Positions 38,724-51,204 of a stretch of 64,000 nucleotides of DNA are shown one piece after another. A program made the position numbers and the translations under genes. The notes under the pieces are model-generated. The model searched no databases. It worked only from the letters and a program-made list of their open reading frames with translations, and was not told the origin of the DNA. The stretch's first letter is position 1, and each line of letters opens with the position of its first letter. This DNA is from Psammoneis japonica. Its lineage: Eukaryota. Location: contig QPGO01000016.1 of NCBI GenBank assembly GCA_008632985.1, positions 468,840 to 532,839 of the forward strand, in the 5' to 3' direction.

Positions 38724-39746
38724 ATGGCCCCTCAAGATGCCGTACTTTACAAGGGGGAGATTGCAAGGCACTTTGTCTTTGTGCACATACCGAAATCGGG
38801 TGGATCTGCCTTTTTGGAGGAGTCATCTCGACACATGCCGGTTGGGTATTCCATAAGGGGGAACGGCGAGCGATCCATGTACAAAACCAGTGGCTCTCGG
38901 CAAGACATGGTGACGTTGTTACGAGAACCAACCCATCACGTTGTATCGCAATTCATGATGTGCAAATATTCGGAATGGGGTCGTTCTAAGACTGCTGCCT
39001 ACAGAAACTTTCCGGGACAATGGACGACAGACAATTCAACCAATAACACGAATCATTTTGCGGGCCTGGACGAGTGGGTGCAGCACTTTGTCCGACAAGA
39101 ACATGAAGCATCGAATGAAACATTGGGGGGAGACAAGGCATTTTCGTGCTACAATCCTTGGAATATGCAAACAAGACATTTTGCAGTACCCGAAAAGATG
39201 CGAAACCCATTGGCGGCAAATCGTATTCCACCAATAGACGTGGCAAAGAAAAACCTGGATGAGATTGGGTTCGTAGGAATTGCAGAACACTTTGATGCAA
39301 GCATGTGCTTGTTTGAGTTTCACACATTGGGGTACTTAACGCAGAACTGCCAGTGTCATGAGGAAACAAAACAACTCGGCCGACAAAACAATGGCGTCAA
39401 GATTGTCCATGATGTGCCGCGTTACAACGTGACAGAGAGCTTGTCCAGTGACGCGAGGCTTCTGATTCAAAAGCTGGTTCAGGTCGACAATGTCTTGTAC
39501 GAATACGCTATGGAAAGATTCAAGAATGATCTGAGACATGTAGCGGACGTGACGGGCGTGGACTTGTCATGTGGACGTTTGTCTCTCCAGGACAATGTCG
39601 TGGTGGCTGAACGCTTTCACGAGGAGTCTAATTGTGAAAGTCCGGCTTTGGTTTTCCCTCTTATTCAGTGGATTGCCACAGCAATCATGATCCTATTCAT
39701 TGGAGCCCGGTTATTCTGCAGACGAAAACTAAGGCGGCGGCGATAG
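38724..39746 (+). CDS. Sulfotransferase-family protein with C-terminal TM helix (true start uncertain)
   Basis: 5'-PSB loop FVHIPKSGGS, 3'-PB VTLLREP..HVVSQF, NMQTR, FVGIAEHFDASMCLF, D..LY. Confidence 0.88.
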   Translation: MAPQDAVLYKGEIARHFVFVHIPKSGGSAFLEESSRHMPVGYSIRGNGERSMYKTSGSRQDMVTLLREPTHHVVSQFMMCKYSEWGRSKTAAYRNFPGQWTTDNSTNNTNHFAGLDEWVQHFVRQEHEASNETLGGDKAFSCYNPWNMQTRHFAVPEKMRNPLAANRIPPIDVAKKNLDEIGFVGIAEHFDASMCLFEFHTLGYLTQNCQCHEETKQLGRQNNGVKIVHDVPRYNVTESLSSDARLLIQKLVQVDNVLYEYAMERFKNDLRHVADVTGVDLSCGRLSLQDNVVVAERFHEESNCESPALVFPLIQWIATAIMILFIGARLFCRRKLRRRR

Positions 39747-40262
39747 ATATTGTGGCTCCCGTGTAATCAATATAGGAGCATGTGATGAGAAAAGCTACGT
39801 CAATAACCAGAAATTTTGTATCTCTACCGCAAGCTACAATCGAGCCTGATGCGGCACGCGGGATGATCACTTTTCGCGGGAATAGACAGACGGCAGGTAC
39901 TCTCAACAGAATATAATGAAGGACAGAGCTGGCTAGTCTACGGTACAATTCTCGGTAGTAACAGAAGCACGGAGCATGTACTGTACGGTAAGTTCACGAT
40001 GCAAGTGCACAAATTTTCAGCACATTATCTATCTGAGTGATAGGACTTTTAGCATTCCAAAGTTCTGGTACTGGTATGCGTTTTGGTGAAAAACCTCAGC
40101 TTTCCTGTTGTAGTTTTCTTCATACCTCACGCGTCCTCGATCAAATCTGCACTTTGTCCACTTTAAGTCCTACAGTCCCTCTGCGGGCTCATGACATCCT
40201 AGATCCAAGAAAATTGCAAGTGGCTTCAAAGCAAACTTGCCCTCTAGATCATCTTCTCCCAC

Positions 40263-41258
40263 CTAAAGTGAGTTGGAGCCTGCCGTGGTATTCACCACAC
40301 TTGGAGCAACAGAACCAGGAACAACAGATGGAGCCGCAGTGGGAGAGAGACTAAAAGAAGGCGCAGCAGTGACATCTGCTGGTGATTCCGTTACGACGCC
40401 CAATGCTACACCTGCACCAAGGGCGACACACACAACCAGCGCTGCAATTCCAATGGCAATTACAATGAGAAGGAGTCGCTTTCGCTTCCCCTTTCGACTG
40501 TATCTGGACAAGCCAGATGGTGTTTTTTCTGTTCGCAGCTGCTGCACCCAATCGCCAATTTCCTGCAGGTCCTGCTCGTTCAGAAGGACCTCTAGAATCC
40601 TCTCTTTGTCCTGAGGCTTGGAAGCCTCAGCATCCACACAGCTTGTTCGCAACTGAGAAAAGTCGTCTGGGCCTGTCACATGTGTGTTGGCCGGCATTAA
40701 TCCATATTTCCGAGCATAATACAACTCACACACGCACCAGATTCTGCTGTAAAGATCCTTTACCGAGTTGCGAACTACCACAAATTTGGAAGCATCCATG
40801 AGTGCCTTGACAAATGGCGCGTCGGTGAGCGGGGCATTCTTCTGTCCCACCTGTGTTTCAACTGTTTCTTCGTCGCCTTGAAGCAGTGCGAATGCACAAA
40901 TCCACAGGTTTGGTTTTTGCATTGTTGTTTCAAACACCTCCCCGATCGACTTTGCAAATTCTCGAAATGGCTCGTCCCAACAGTGGGTGATGAATGCATC
41001 CACCATGAGTCCATTCTTGTTGAGGTGCAGAGCATAAGGTCTTTTTGTTTCTTGGCAGACAGGCACAATAACGTGTTTCGTGATGTCATGCATTGTCATT
41101 TGCGCGTATTTCTTGCCAAATTTTTTGGACGCATCGTCATTAAAGTCCATGAACTGCTCGAACGAAATCGAACACATGCTTGGACTAATCGAACACATGC
41201 TTGGACTCATCTCCTCATCAGGAGTGTCGTTGCGCAAAAATTTTCCTTCTGTTGTCAT
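40263..41258 (-). CDS. HET-like domain membrane protein, C-terminus apparently truncated
   Basis: FITHCWDEPF, LWICAFALLQ, YSRIWCVCELYYA, AEASKPQDKERIL; then basic stop-transfer, TM helix and TAAPS stalk. Confidence 0.7.
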   Translation of the reverse strand: MTTEGKFLRNDTPDEEMSPSMCSISPSMCSISFEQFMDFNDDASKKFGKKYAQMTMHDITKHVIVPVCQETKRPYALHLNKNGLMVDAFITHCWDEPFREFAKSIGEVFETTMQKPNLWICAFALLQGDEETVETQVGQKNAPLTDAPFVKALMDASKFVVVRNSVKDLYSRIWCVCELYYARKYGLMPANTHVTGPDDFSQLRTSCVDAEASKPQDKERILEVLLNEQDLQEIGDWVQQLRTEKTPSGLSRYSRKGKRKRLLLIVIAIGIAALVVCVALGAGVALGVVTESPADVTAAPSFSLSPTAAPSVVPGSVAPSVVNTTAGSNSL

Positions 41259-41779
41259 CTCTCTTTGCAATGCCTACGAGAGAGCCTGTTCTGTGCAAAT
41301 GCGGTCACTTGCAACGACGCCATTGGCTACGATTTGTTAACACTGTCGATTAGCGTTCTCAAATAATAGACTTCGCATCCCTTTCCCGTAGGTTATGAGC
41401 CTAAGAGTCACTCTTGGGTTTGTTGACCAATGTTCCAGTTTTTGACTGCATCAAAGAGACCGCCATTGTGGTGGAATTGAGAAGAGTCTGACTGTTGGAT
41501 CAATGGCATCTGGCCATCCTCATCCTGCAATGGTGTGACAATGGGACATGACAGAGAACACCAACAAACCACAATGAGTGTTCTCTCACATTTGCGCTTG
41601 GCTCGGTTTCCTCAAAAAACAACGAGATGATTCTCAAATCTTCTCACTTGTTTCAGGCACTGAGCTCCAGTGAGTTGGTGGTTGCAATGGTCTCATCTTC
41701 AACATGGTCCTCCATGCCTCATGCAGCCTCAGCATGCATTTTGGCACAGGTTGCAACACACTCCTGCAAGGCCAGTCTC

Positions 41780-44700
41780 CAGCCGGCTTGCCAGGCCCGC
41801 TTTCACAGCAGCTTTTTGAATGAGCTGTTTGTGCCGCTCAAAAGTTTGATGCAAAGGCACTTGACATTGATGTGGCAGATGCATCAACTGCTCAACACTC
41901 TCTCACTTGCTTCACTCCAGTGACACTCCACTCCGACTGTCCTCTGGCAGGCTGCATTTTTTGTCCTTGATTCCTCACACCACTGCACTGACAGAAAATT
42001 CAAAGCCCAGACAACCAGCAGCATGCTGTCATCTGACCAAGTTAGTTTGGCCTTGGTTGAGCTCTCAATGCTGGCTGAGCTTCTGCTTGGGGCAGAGAGT
42101 GAACACACACCAGCCCCTTGCCCAGAGATGCACAGACAATCCCACATGGGGTGCTTTTTTCTGTGCAATCCCTTCAAACTGTGAAGAATGCATCAGCCTG
42201 CCATTGGGCAGCTGCATGATCATCTTTGTCCACTTTAGAGTGATCATCAGATCTTGGCTGTCACACAGACACCAGATGCAGTGTGTGGGCAATGCAATCC
42301 TTTTTGTGACAAATTTGACTTTGCCATCTTCTGAGAAGTCTGTGGTCATCCTCCTGAGGCAATTGTGGACCTTTTTTCAACAATGGATGGCAACAAGAGT
42401 TTTGTTCCTGTGTGTGTCATTGTTCATCCCAGCAATGTTTTCCAAGACTTCCTGTTCTGGGTGTGTGAGAAAGCTTTGGGTCATCCACATGATGCCACAT
42501 GATGGTGCATGTCAGCTGCCAGAGTCATGGTTTTGTTCCCCATGCAGCAGCTGCAGGGGTTCACCTTGAATCCCATGTTGTTGCAGAGGAATGAAGACAG
42601 GTTCTTCCAGAGCAGCTGGGCTCCTTGCAGAGCTTCTCAGAGCCCCTTCAATCTGTGCACAGTGTGGGGACATTGGCGCACACTTGCAACTCTTCTTTGG
42701 GTGCACTCTGCAGAGCAATTTGGCCATCTCACCTTCTGATCACATGTGTGGGCCAGCTCATCCATGTCTGATTGCATGAACACTCCAGAGGAATGTTGAC
42801 CACCATGACCTTTCTTCCCTCTTGTGTGTTGACCACTGAGTCTCATGGCAGGTGTCAATGTCTCTTTCTTGGTCTTGTGCTGGCACTGTTGTCTTGTTCC
42901 AGCCATCAGCATGCCCTCAACCCCTTTGGCAATGCACCATGCTTCTGCTTGAGGCACACAAGGCACAACACAGGGTGTTTTCTGTCACTTTGTGATGCCC
43001 TCAGTGAACATGGGCTGCACATGTCTGTGGTTGAACTGCTTTGTTTCCTTTGCAACTGCATCAGCTTCAGCCCTCCAAAGAGTGTCTTGAGGCCTTCAGT
43101 GCAGACAACTGCTCTTTGAGGAATGCTGCAGTGCTCCCATTTGGATCTTTGAAGTGCTGAGCTGCTGTCTGCCCAGCTCTCTCTGTCACATCTGTGACTG
43201 CAACATCTTTCCTTTTAATCTTGGAGGTTGCAGACATGACCTCCTCATTGCTTGTGGTTCACATGCTTGGCCAGGTTCAGGCTCTTCTTGTTGTGCTCAT
43301 CACACCACCGCTGGAACCCAAGAAGTCAGAGTCATGTGTTTTGCTTGTTGGTCCAGTGTGGGGAACCATCATCTCACCCAATTCATTGTCTGATGCACCA
43401 TTGCAATCAGCAGATGGTTGTCTGGGAAAAATGGTTGTCTGGGAAAAATGTTTGGCATGTCATCTCCTTGGTCAGGTGAATCATCAAATTCTTTGTCTTG
43501 CTGGTCTCTGTCATCTGAGCCACTGTCTGAGACTGGTTGGCCAAATTTTTAGTTGGGGGCTCTGTGCTTGCAATGTCAGATGTGTCCCAGGTTTTATGGC
43601 CACTCCTGCACTGGCACCATTTGCTTCCACAGTGGTGCCTCATCTCACTCTTTTGTTTCAGGTGCACATTCTTGGACAGCTGGCATTGTCAACAATGGGC
43701 TGTGACTGTCATCATCATTGCCAGAATCCTGACATTGGGGGGTCACAATTGCCAGCATTGTTGTCAGTCTCACACCCAGCAACACTGCAGCACTGTGGCA
43801 GAGGCATCACAAGGAGCTGAGTTTTGTGTTCAGAGTCATGGTCATTGTTCACATGGCCAGGGTGTCAGGTGGCTTGTGGCCACAGCAGTTGGCAAAGGCA
43901 AGGTTCATGGCATTTTTTGCTTGGCTCTGTTTTTTTTAACCTTTCAGATGATGTGAACAGGCACAGGCACATCTGTCCAGTGACTGTGCCTGGTGCACTT
44001 CCCTGTGGCAAAAGGGACAGCACAAAGTGGTGCTGGCATTTTGTTTGCATTCCCGGTGGGGCTGAGGCATGCAGCTCCCATGGTGTGGGGGTGCATGTTG
44101 CTGTTTCACATGCCTCACAATGCACTTGAGCACAGCTGCCAAGTTCAAGGCAGAAATGCTTTTTTCAGTCAGCACATTGGCCTGTGAGAATGTGATGTGG
44201 CAAAAGGTCACCAGCAGCAATGTCAACATGTGTGTGGGAGGGCATTGTGCCAGGCCAGAAGACCATCGCATTGAAAACAAGCCACACAATGACCAGCCAT
44301 GGTTCTGTGCAGAAGGGGAAAAGTTGTGCATGCTTTCCACCTGATCTTTGACTGTGCGCATGTGTTGCTCAATGTCTGCAACACATGTCTGTCCTTGACA
44401 CATGGGTTGAACAACATGCCTGGCACCAGCTCTTGCAGGATCTTGAGTTCAGTCAGGGTCAGCCTGGTGGTCTCCACCTGGAGCCCTTGGCACACTCATG
44501 CACAACAAGGGCAGCCTTCTGCACCACAGTGACAGCACTGGCCCATCAGCTGGTCAGGGAGGCCACTGAGCTGAAGCACAGGACCTGAAATGAGGTGACA
44601 AAGAAGATGATGTTGTGATGAATGCGACATCAATTGATGGGGTGAGCTTGCCATGTGCCTTCAGCACAGCCAACAGGATGCCATCATGAATGCTGATGAA

Positions 44701-45650
44701 AGGGATGCCACATGACAGACAGTTTTGCCCATGAGCGCTCCTGTGCCAAGTCCAAAGATGTGTTGGGCATTGGCCATGTTGTGTCGGGTGACTGGGAAAT
44801 TGGCAGTTGGCTCTTGTAAACGAGGCACTTTGCTTTTCACGGGAATGGACAGACTGCCACTGCTCTAAGACAGAATGAAGAACAGAGCTGGTTGGCCAGT
44901 CTACGGTGCAATCCTCGCAGGAACAAAAGCATGAAACATGTGCGGCAAGTTCAAGGTGCAAGTGCACAAACAAGAGGTGTCCCATTTTTGGCATGTTGGC
45001 AATCTCAGTCATGGGAATTTTGCCAGCATCTGTCATCATTTCTTGATTGCCAAGATTTCCTGTTGCATTTTTCTTTGCACCACACAGGCAACGAGACGTC
45101 CTTCATCAAATCTGCCTTTTCATTCACTCTAAGTCATAGAACCTCTGCGGGCTTGCTGAGGTTCTCAATGGCCACCAGCAGCAGAAACTTGAGATGACAT
45201 GCATTTTCTGTTGACAGAGTTACAGCATTGGCTGACAATTTGAACACGGCAACCTCAAATTCTTTCCAATTCGATTTCACTGCTGAGGACAACATGTCGA
45301 ATGACACCACAGATTTCAGCATCTGAACTTTTGACATGTCCCTCTTGCATTTCAACTGAATCTCCACAATTGGATCCTTTTTTTGTTGCGCCACTGCAAT
45401 GTCAATCAAAAGGCAGATTTTGGGAGCTGGAGCGCTTCCACATCTTCCTCCGTGGCAGCGAGAAGCGATGCTTTGGTGTCGCAGCCCGCTGTCAGCAGCT
45501 TCCCAGCAACTTCTTCCTTTTTCCTCCCTGCGCCGATTGATGAGAGAAAGTCAGAAAGAGCAGCCTCATCCCATTCATCACTCTGAATGCCGGGGACAGG
45601 CAGAGGGGCAGGCAAAGCCACAGCCATTGTTCATCCACCCGCATGATGCC
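41780..45650 (-). mobile_element. Decayed Ty1/copia (CoDi-like) LTR retrotransposon internal region: gag-like, integrase, RT, RNase H
   Basis: Minus strand remnants IDVAFI and VADIEQHMRTVKDQV (integrase), GFKVNPC..C..NKT and HVDDPKLSH (RT), WQADAFFTV, KQKL..SSTKAKL..DDSM, HINVKC (RNase H) in copia order; LTRs not identified. Confidence 0.88.
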
Positions 45651-45804
45651 AAAAACCAAAATGAAAATCGCTCTTCACTCTGCCTGCTCTTCACGCACAC
45701 GCGTCCACGCATCTGTCCATTGCATTGGAAGACTCCAGATTTCTTTGTGACCACTTTTTCTCTCGGTTTGAGACCTTTGTTGTGACTCTGTTTGATTCGT
45801 TTTA

Positions 45805-46165
45805 GAAAAAAAGGTTGTGACAACCTTTGGAACAATTGAAAAGGTTGTGTGACACAACAGCCATTTTTGACTTGGCTGAAAAGGCCTCGAGAGACAACCT
45901 TTTTGACCCTTGCTTGAGGAAAGAAAGACACTCCTGCTGCAACAGTGTGTTGTGGTAAAGTTTTTGACCCATCTGAAAAGGTTGTGTGACAACCTTTTTT
46001 GAATCACTTGAAAAAAGGTTCCAACAAGAGAACTTTTTTGAGTGTTTTTGAGTTTGTTGTGGCAACCTTTTTGACCTTGCGATGCAACCTCCTCTTTTGA
46101 CTCTTGCTTGAAAAGGCTGCAGCAACTTTTTCAACTCACTTGAAAAGGTTGCAACAGCCTCTTTG
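45805..46165. repeat. Cluster of short inverted motifs AAAAGGTTG / CAACCTTTT
   Basis: Repeated hairpin-like units e.g. 45808 AAAAAAGGTTGTGACAACCTTT, 45975 GAAAAGGTTGTGTGACAACCTTTTTT, 46141 TGAAAAGGTTGCAAC. Confidence 0.75.
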
Positions 46166-46262
46166 CAGGAGACATGGAGCACAAGGCTTTTTTGATTTTC
46201 TTGGCAAAGAGGAGGGTGTGCAACAGCTTTTGCTCATCCCAAGGCAATTGCAGACCTTTCCT

Positions 46263-47300
46263 CAATGAATGGCAACAGGAGTTTTGTTCCCAGCATGCTT
46301 GTTGTTGATCAACTCAGTGGTGCATTTGCCAAGACTTCCTGCCCCACATGTGAGATGCCTTTGGGTCTTCCACACACAGCATGATGGAGCATCAGTTGGC
46401 AGTCAAGCAAGGTTTTGTTCACCATGCACCAGCCACAGGGGCTCACCTTGAATCCCATGTCATTGCAAAGGGAACAAAAATGGGCTCTTCTTCCAGAACA
46501 GCTCTGGGCCCCTCTTGCAAAACTTTTGGAGCCCCTTTTTCAGCTGTGCACAAAGTGAGAGCTTGCCCTTTTTGCTCAGCATGCACTTGCAACTCTTTTT
46601 TGGGTGGCAATTTTTTGGCCATCTTGCCTTTTGGTTGCATGTGTGTGCCAGCTCATCCACATCTGAGAGCACGGATGCTCCCCAGAAATGTTTTGACCAT
46701 CATGACCTTTCTTGTCTCTTGTGCTGTGTTGATTGCCAAGGAGAGAAGCAATGCGTGATTGCTCATGAAGGGTGAGAATGTCCAATCCTTGGCCTCACAC
46801 AGGCACTGTGTTCTTCTGTCCACCATTGCACCCTTTTGACCCTTGGCGGTGCACCGCACTTCTGCTTGAGACACACACAAGGCACAGCACAGGGTGTTTT
46901 TCTTCTGTCACCTGGTGGCGGTGATGCCCTCAGCAAGCATGAGCCAGATCACATCCCTGTGGTCAAGCTGTTTTTTATTTCCTTCACAGCTGCATCAGCA
47001 AGGCCCTCCCAAGAATGTCTTGAGACACCTTTCCTTGCAGACATCTGCTCTGTGAGGAACAGCACACTCCAGCTTGGATCTTTGTGAAGTGCCAAGTTCC
47101 CTGCCCAGTTCTTTCTGCCATGTCTGTGGCTGTGGTCCATCTCCTTTGAATCTTGGAGTTTGCACGCATGATCGTGTTGCTTCTTGTGGCCCATGTGCTT
47201 GACCAGAGGTTTGAGCTCTTGTTGGGTTCATCACTGTGCTGGGACTCAAGCCAGAGCCATGCTCTGGGTCTGCCAGTGTGAACACAGCTCACAAGATTGC
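46263..47300 (-). mobile_element. Second diverged copia RT fragment, paralogous to 42380-43370
   Basis: Colinear similarity to the first copy throughout (e.g. TCACCTTGAATCCCATGT, TTCTGCTTGAG.CACACA); CVEDPKASH motif. Confidence 0.85.
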
Positions 47301-48721
47301 CAGCAATGCAGCATTTGCTGGCAAACAAAAAATTGTTGCTGGCATGCATCGGCTGTCTTGGGTTGTTGTCACTTGTTCCCTCCATTTCTGGCATTTTACC
47401 TGCAACATGCACCACCAGCAAATTCATTCCCCACTTGCCAGTGTGATGATTTTCTCCTGTTCCCCTCTGCTGGCAATGTGCCACTCATCTGGATCACCAC
47501 CTTCCTGTTGCCCCCTGCAACAAGTTTGTGACCTGCTTCCTCATTTCCCCCTTGCCTGCAATGCCCACTCATGATGCTTTTTGGCCTTTCTGCCAAAATG
47601 CTCACAATTCATGAAATCAATGTTTCTTCTACATTGTCATTCCAAAATGCAGACATGGGCACATGGCTCAAGTTGAACATGGGATTGTTTGCAACAGCAG
47701 CAACCATTTAACACCAAATGCAAGAATCACCTGGAGAACATGTCAAAACCTTGTTGTGATCACAAGAGGCATGGGTCCTGAAGCAAGGCATCTTCATTCA
47801 ATGCCTCCAATCATCATCCAAACTTTTCACTCAATTTCTTTCTTTCTTCTGCATCCAACACAACAGCAAATGTTTTGAAGGTCTCAAGCAGAACAAGTTG
47901 TGCTGGTGCCCATCATGTCTTGGATGACACATTTGACAAAGATGAGGTGGAAAGGCACAAGCTCTTTCTTTGGCAGTGTTTTCTGTGTCAAAAACAAAAA
48001 GCAAGCATGGCAATCCTTGTTTGTCAAAATCATTTGTGACAACTCAATGTCTGCGTCAAACCATCCAAAAGTTTCAATCAATCATGGCTCAAACACCACC
48101 CTCTGTGACTAAATGAGACAATCCTGTGGGCAGTCTTCAAGTGTCAAAAATTTGTTTGAGTTCCTGAGGAGCCACAAGCAGTTGGACCTTGGATCCTGTG
48201 AACATGCCAGCTCTGACCAAATTGACATGGAGCATGGCTTAAATGGTTCATTCCATGTTTCTAAGATTGGGGTCAAACTGTAGAAAATGCCACCAGTGAC
48301 AGGCAAATGATGACAGCTGGCCAGAACCCTTCTGTCTGACACCCATTTTCATCATTTTGCATGCGCAGAATGATGCACAGGAGATGTCTGACACATGAAA
48401 GGACATTGAACATGAGCCACAGCAAGAGTCAGCAAAGACAATTGGCAACATTGAAGCCTGAAAGCAGGGCTGAACCGGAGCTTGGTGTGCACCGGCAGCT
48501 CTCTCTGCACAAGCCTCTCCAAGTGCTAGAAATCATTGCTGCAACAATGAGAGCAGATTTGTCAATGAGCTGGTGTAGACCAGTGCTGTCAAAGGCCAAT
48601 TGTGACTGGGAGCCACATGCCATGACCTCAAGGAGATGCAACATGCCACAACAGATTGAACCAGCAAACTCAAGTGTGCTGAGAAAACACTCACATCAAT
48701 GTCCATTCTCTGCTGGGCATG

Positions 48722-50980
48722 CAGTGGACCCCAGGTGACACTTTTTCAGAGCTGCAGTCAAGAGTTGCAAGTCCACCCTGGCTAAGCTGTGGCATCATGT
48801 TGTTTTACACAAAGCCAAAGTTGAGACTTGAAAACTCAACTCTGCAGTGGAAGGACACCATGAATGCTCCTGACAACCCAACAACTGCAGTTTCAAGGCA
48901 CTGAGGGTCTTTGGTGGACCCCAGGTGACACTTTAAGAGACATGGTTGAGAGTTGAGAGGCCACCCTGGCTCAGCTCTGGCCTCATGTCACTTAAAAAAA
49001 AGCCACAAGAGGCGAGACTTGAAACCCCAAGTCCACAGTGAAGGGACACCATGAACGCTCCTGCCAACCCAACAACTGCAGTCACAAGGCATTGAGGGTC
49101 TTCAGTGGACCCCAGGCAACACTTTTAAGAACTGTGGTTGAGAGTTGCAAAGCCACCCTAGATGGGTTGTCACCCCATCTCACTTCACACAAAACCAAGG
49201 GTGAGACTTGAAACCACACCTCCGCAGAGTGAAGGGACATCATGAGTGCACCTGACAACCCAACAACTGCTGTCCAAAGGCATTGAGGGTCTTCAACAGA
49301 CCCCTGGCAATGCTTTTAGAACAATGGTCAAGAGTTGCAAGGCCAGCCTGGCTCAGTGTTGCCCCATGTCACTCTACACAAAACCATGGGTGAGACTTGA
49401 AATCCCAACTCTGCAGTGAAGGGACACCATGAGTGCACCTGACAACCCAACAACTGCAGTTTAAAGGCACTGAGTGTCTTTGGCAGACCCCAGGTGACAC
49501 TGTTGGAGCACAGTCAAGAGCTAAAAGGCCAGACTGGCTCAGCTGTTGCCCCATGTCACTTCACACAAAATCAAGGGTGAGACTTGAAGTCTCAACTGTG
49601 CAGTGAAGGGACACCATGGGTGCACCCAACAACCCAACAGCTGCAGTCCAAAGGCATTGAGTGTCTTCATCAGACCCCTGGTGACATGTTTTGAGCCATG
49701 GTCAAGATTTGCAAGGCCAGCCTGGCTCAGCTGTTGCCCCATGTCACTTCACACAAAACCAAGGGTGAGACTTGAAATCCCAACTCTGCAGTGAAGGGAC
49801 ACCATGAAGAGTGCATCTGACAACCCAACAACTGCAGTCCAAAGGCATTGAGTGTCTTCCGCAGACCCCCAGCAACATTTTTAGAGCCATGGTCAAGACT
49901 TGCAAGGCCAGCCTGGCTCAGCTGTTGCCCCATGTCACTTCACACAAAACCAAGGGTGAGACTTGAAAGCCCAACTCTGCAGTGTGAAGGGACACCATGA
50001 AGAGCGCATCTGACAACCCAACAACTGCAGTCCAAAGGCATTGAGTGTCTTCAGCAGACCCCTGGCAACACGTTTAGAGCCATGGTCAAGAGTTGCAAGG
50101 CCAGCCTGGCTCAGCTGTTGCCCTGTGTCACTTCACACAAAACCAAGGGTGAGACTTGAAACCCCAACTCTGCAGTGAAGGCACACCATGAATGCACCTG
50201 ACAACCCAACAACTGCAGTCCAAAGGCATTGACATTGAGAGTCTTTGGCAGACCCCAGACAACACTTTAAGATCTGTGGTCAAGATTTGCAAGGCCACCC
50301 TGGCTCAGCTGTGGCCTCATGTCTCTTTCACACCATGCCAAGGACAAGGAGACCTGAAATCCGCCCAAGTCCACAGTGTGAGGACACCATCATGAGTGCA
50401 CCTGCCAACCCAACAACTGCAGTCTAAAAGCATTGAGGGTCTTTGGTCAACCCCAGGTGACATTTTGAGAGCCATTGTCAAGAGTTGCAAGGCCACCGTG
50501 GCTCAGCTGTTGCCCCATGTTACTTCACAAAAAGCCAAGGGTGAGACTTGAACCCCAGTCATTTTGCAGTGATGGGACGCCATTGGTGCACATGCCATCT
50601 CAACAACTGCAGTCCAAAGGCAGTGTTGAGAGTCTTTGGGGAAACCCATTTGACACTTTTAGAGCCATGGTGATGATTTGCAAAGCAACCCCGGCTGAGC
50701 TGTGGCCTCATGTCACTTCACACAAAGCCAAGGGTGAGACTTGAACCCCAATCATTTCACAGTGAAGGGACACCATGAGTGCACCACCAACATGACAACT
50801 GCAGTTGAAGAGCATTGAGTGTCTTTGGTGGATCCCAGGTGACACCTTAAGAGCTGTGGGCAAGATCCACAAGGCTGCCCTGGCTCAGCTGTGGCCTCCT
50901 GTCAGTTCCTCCCACACAGAGAGCCAAGGGTGAGACTTGTTGAGCCCCAATTCTGCAGTGAAGCAACACCATGAATGCAC
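48722..50980. repeat. Tandem satellite, ~12 diverged units of ~187-198 bp
   Basis: Anchor GACCCC recurs at 48727, 48917, 49108, 49299, 49486, 49673, 49864, 50057, 50251 and degenerately ~50449, ~50642, ~50831; shared CCAAGGGTGAGACTTGAAA and CAACCCAACAACTGCAGT blocks. Confidence 0.95.
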
Positions 50981-51204
50981 GCACCTTTGTTTGCTCTGGC
51001 ATTTGAAAAATCAAGCAAGACAGTGTCTGCTGCCAACTTGCAGTGGTTGGAGACTGTGCGCAATGGGGCCACTGCACCACAAGATCAAACTTCCTTGCAA
51101 TGCTCAGCCACAATTCTCCAAGTCTTGCTTGGGGCCCTCCAGACAAGAAGTCTGCTCCTCCTGTCTGGACAAGGCAATGCACACAACACCACAGCATCAA
51201 ACTT

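Noticed and set aside
47560..48720. hAT-like transposase remnant
   Set aside because: Only vague similarity; cannot be supported by eye
48722..50980. CRISPR array
   Set aside because: Whole ~190-bp units are homologous with no unique spacers; no cas genes; eukaryotic context
48722..50980. Coding repeat protein (MGQQLSQAGL... ORFs)
   Set aside because: Unit lengths vary and are not multiples of three; frame shifts every unit
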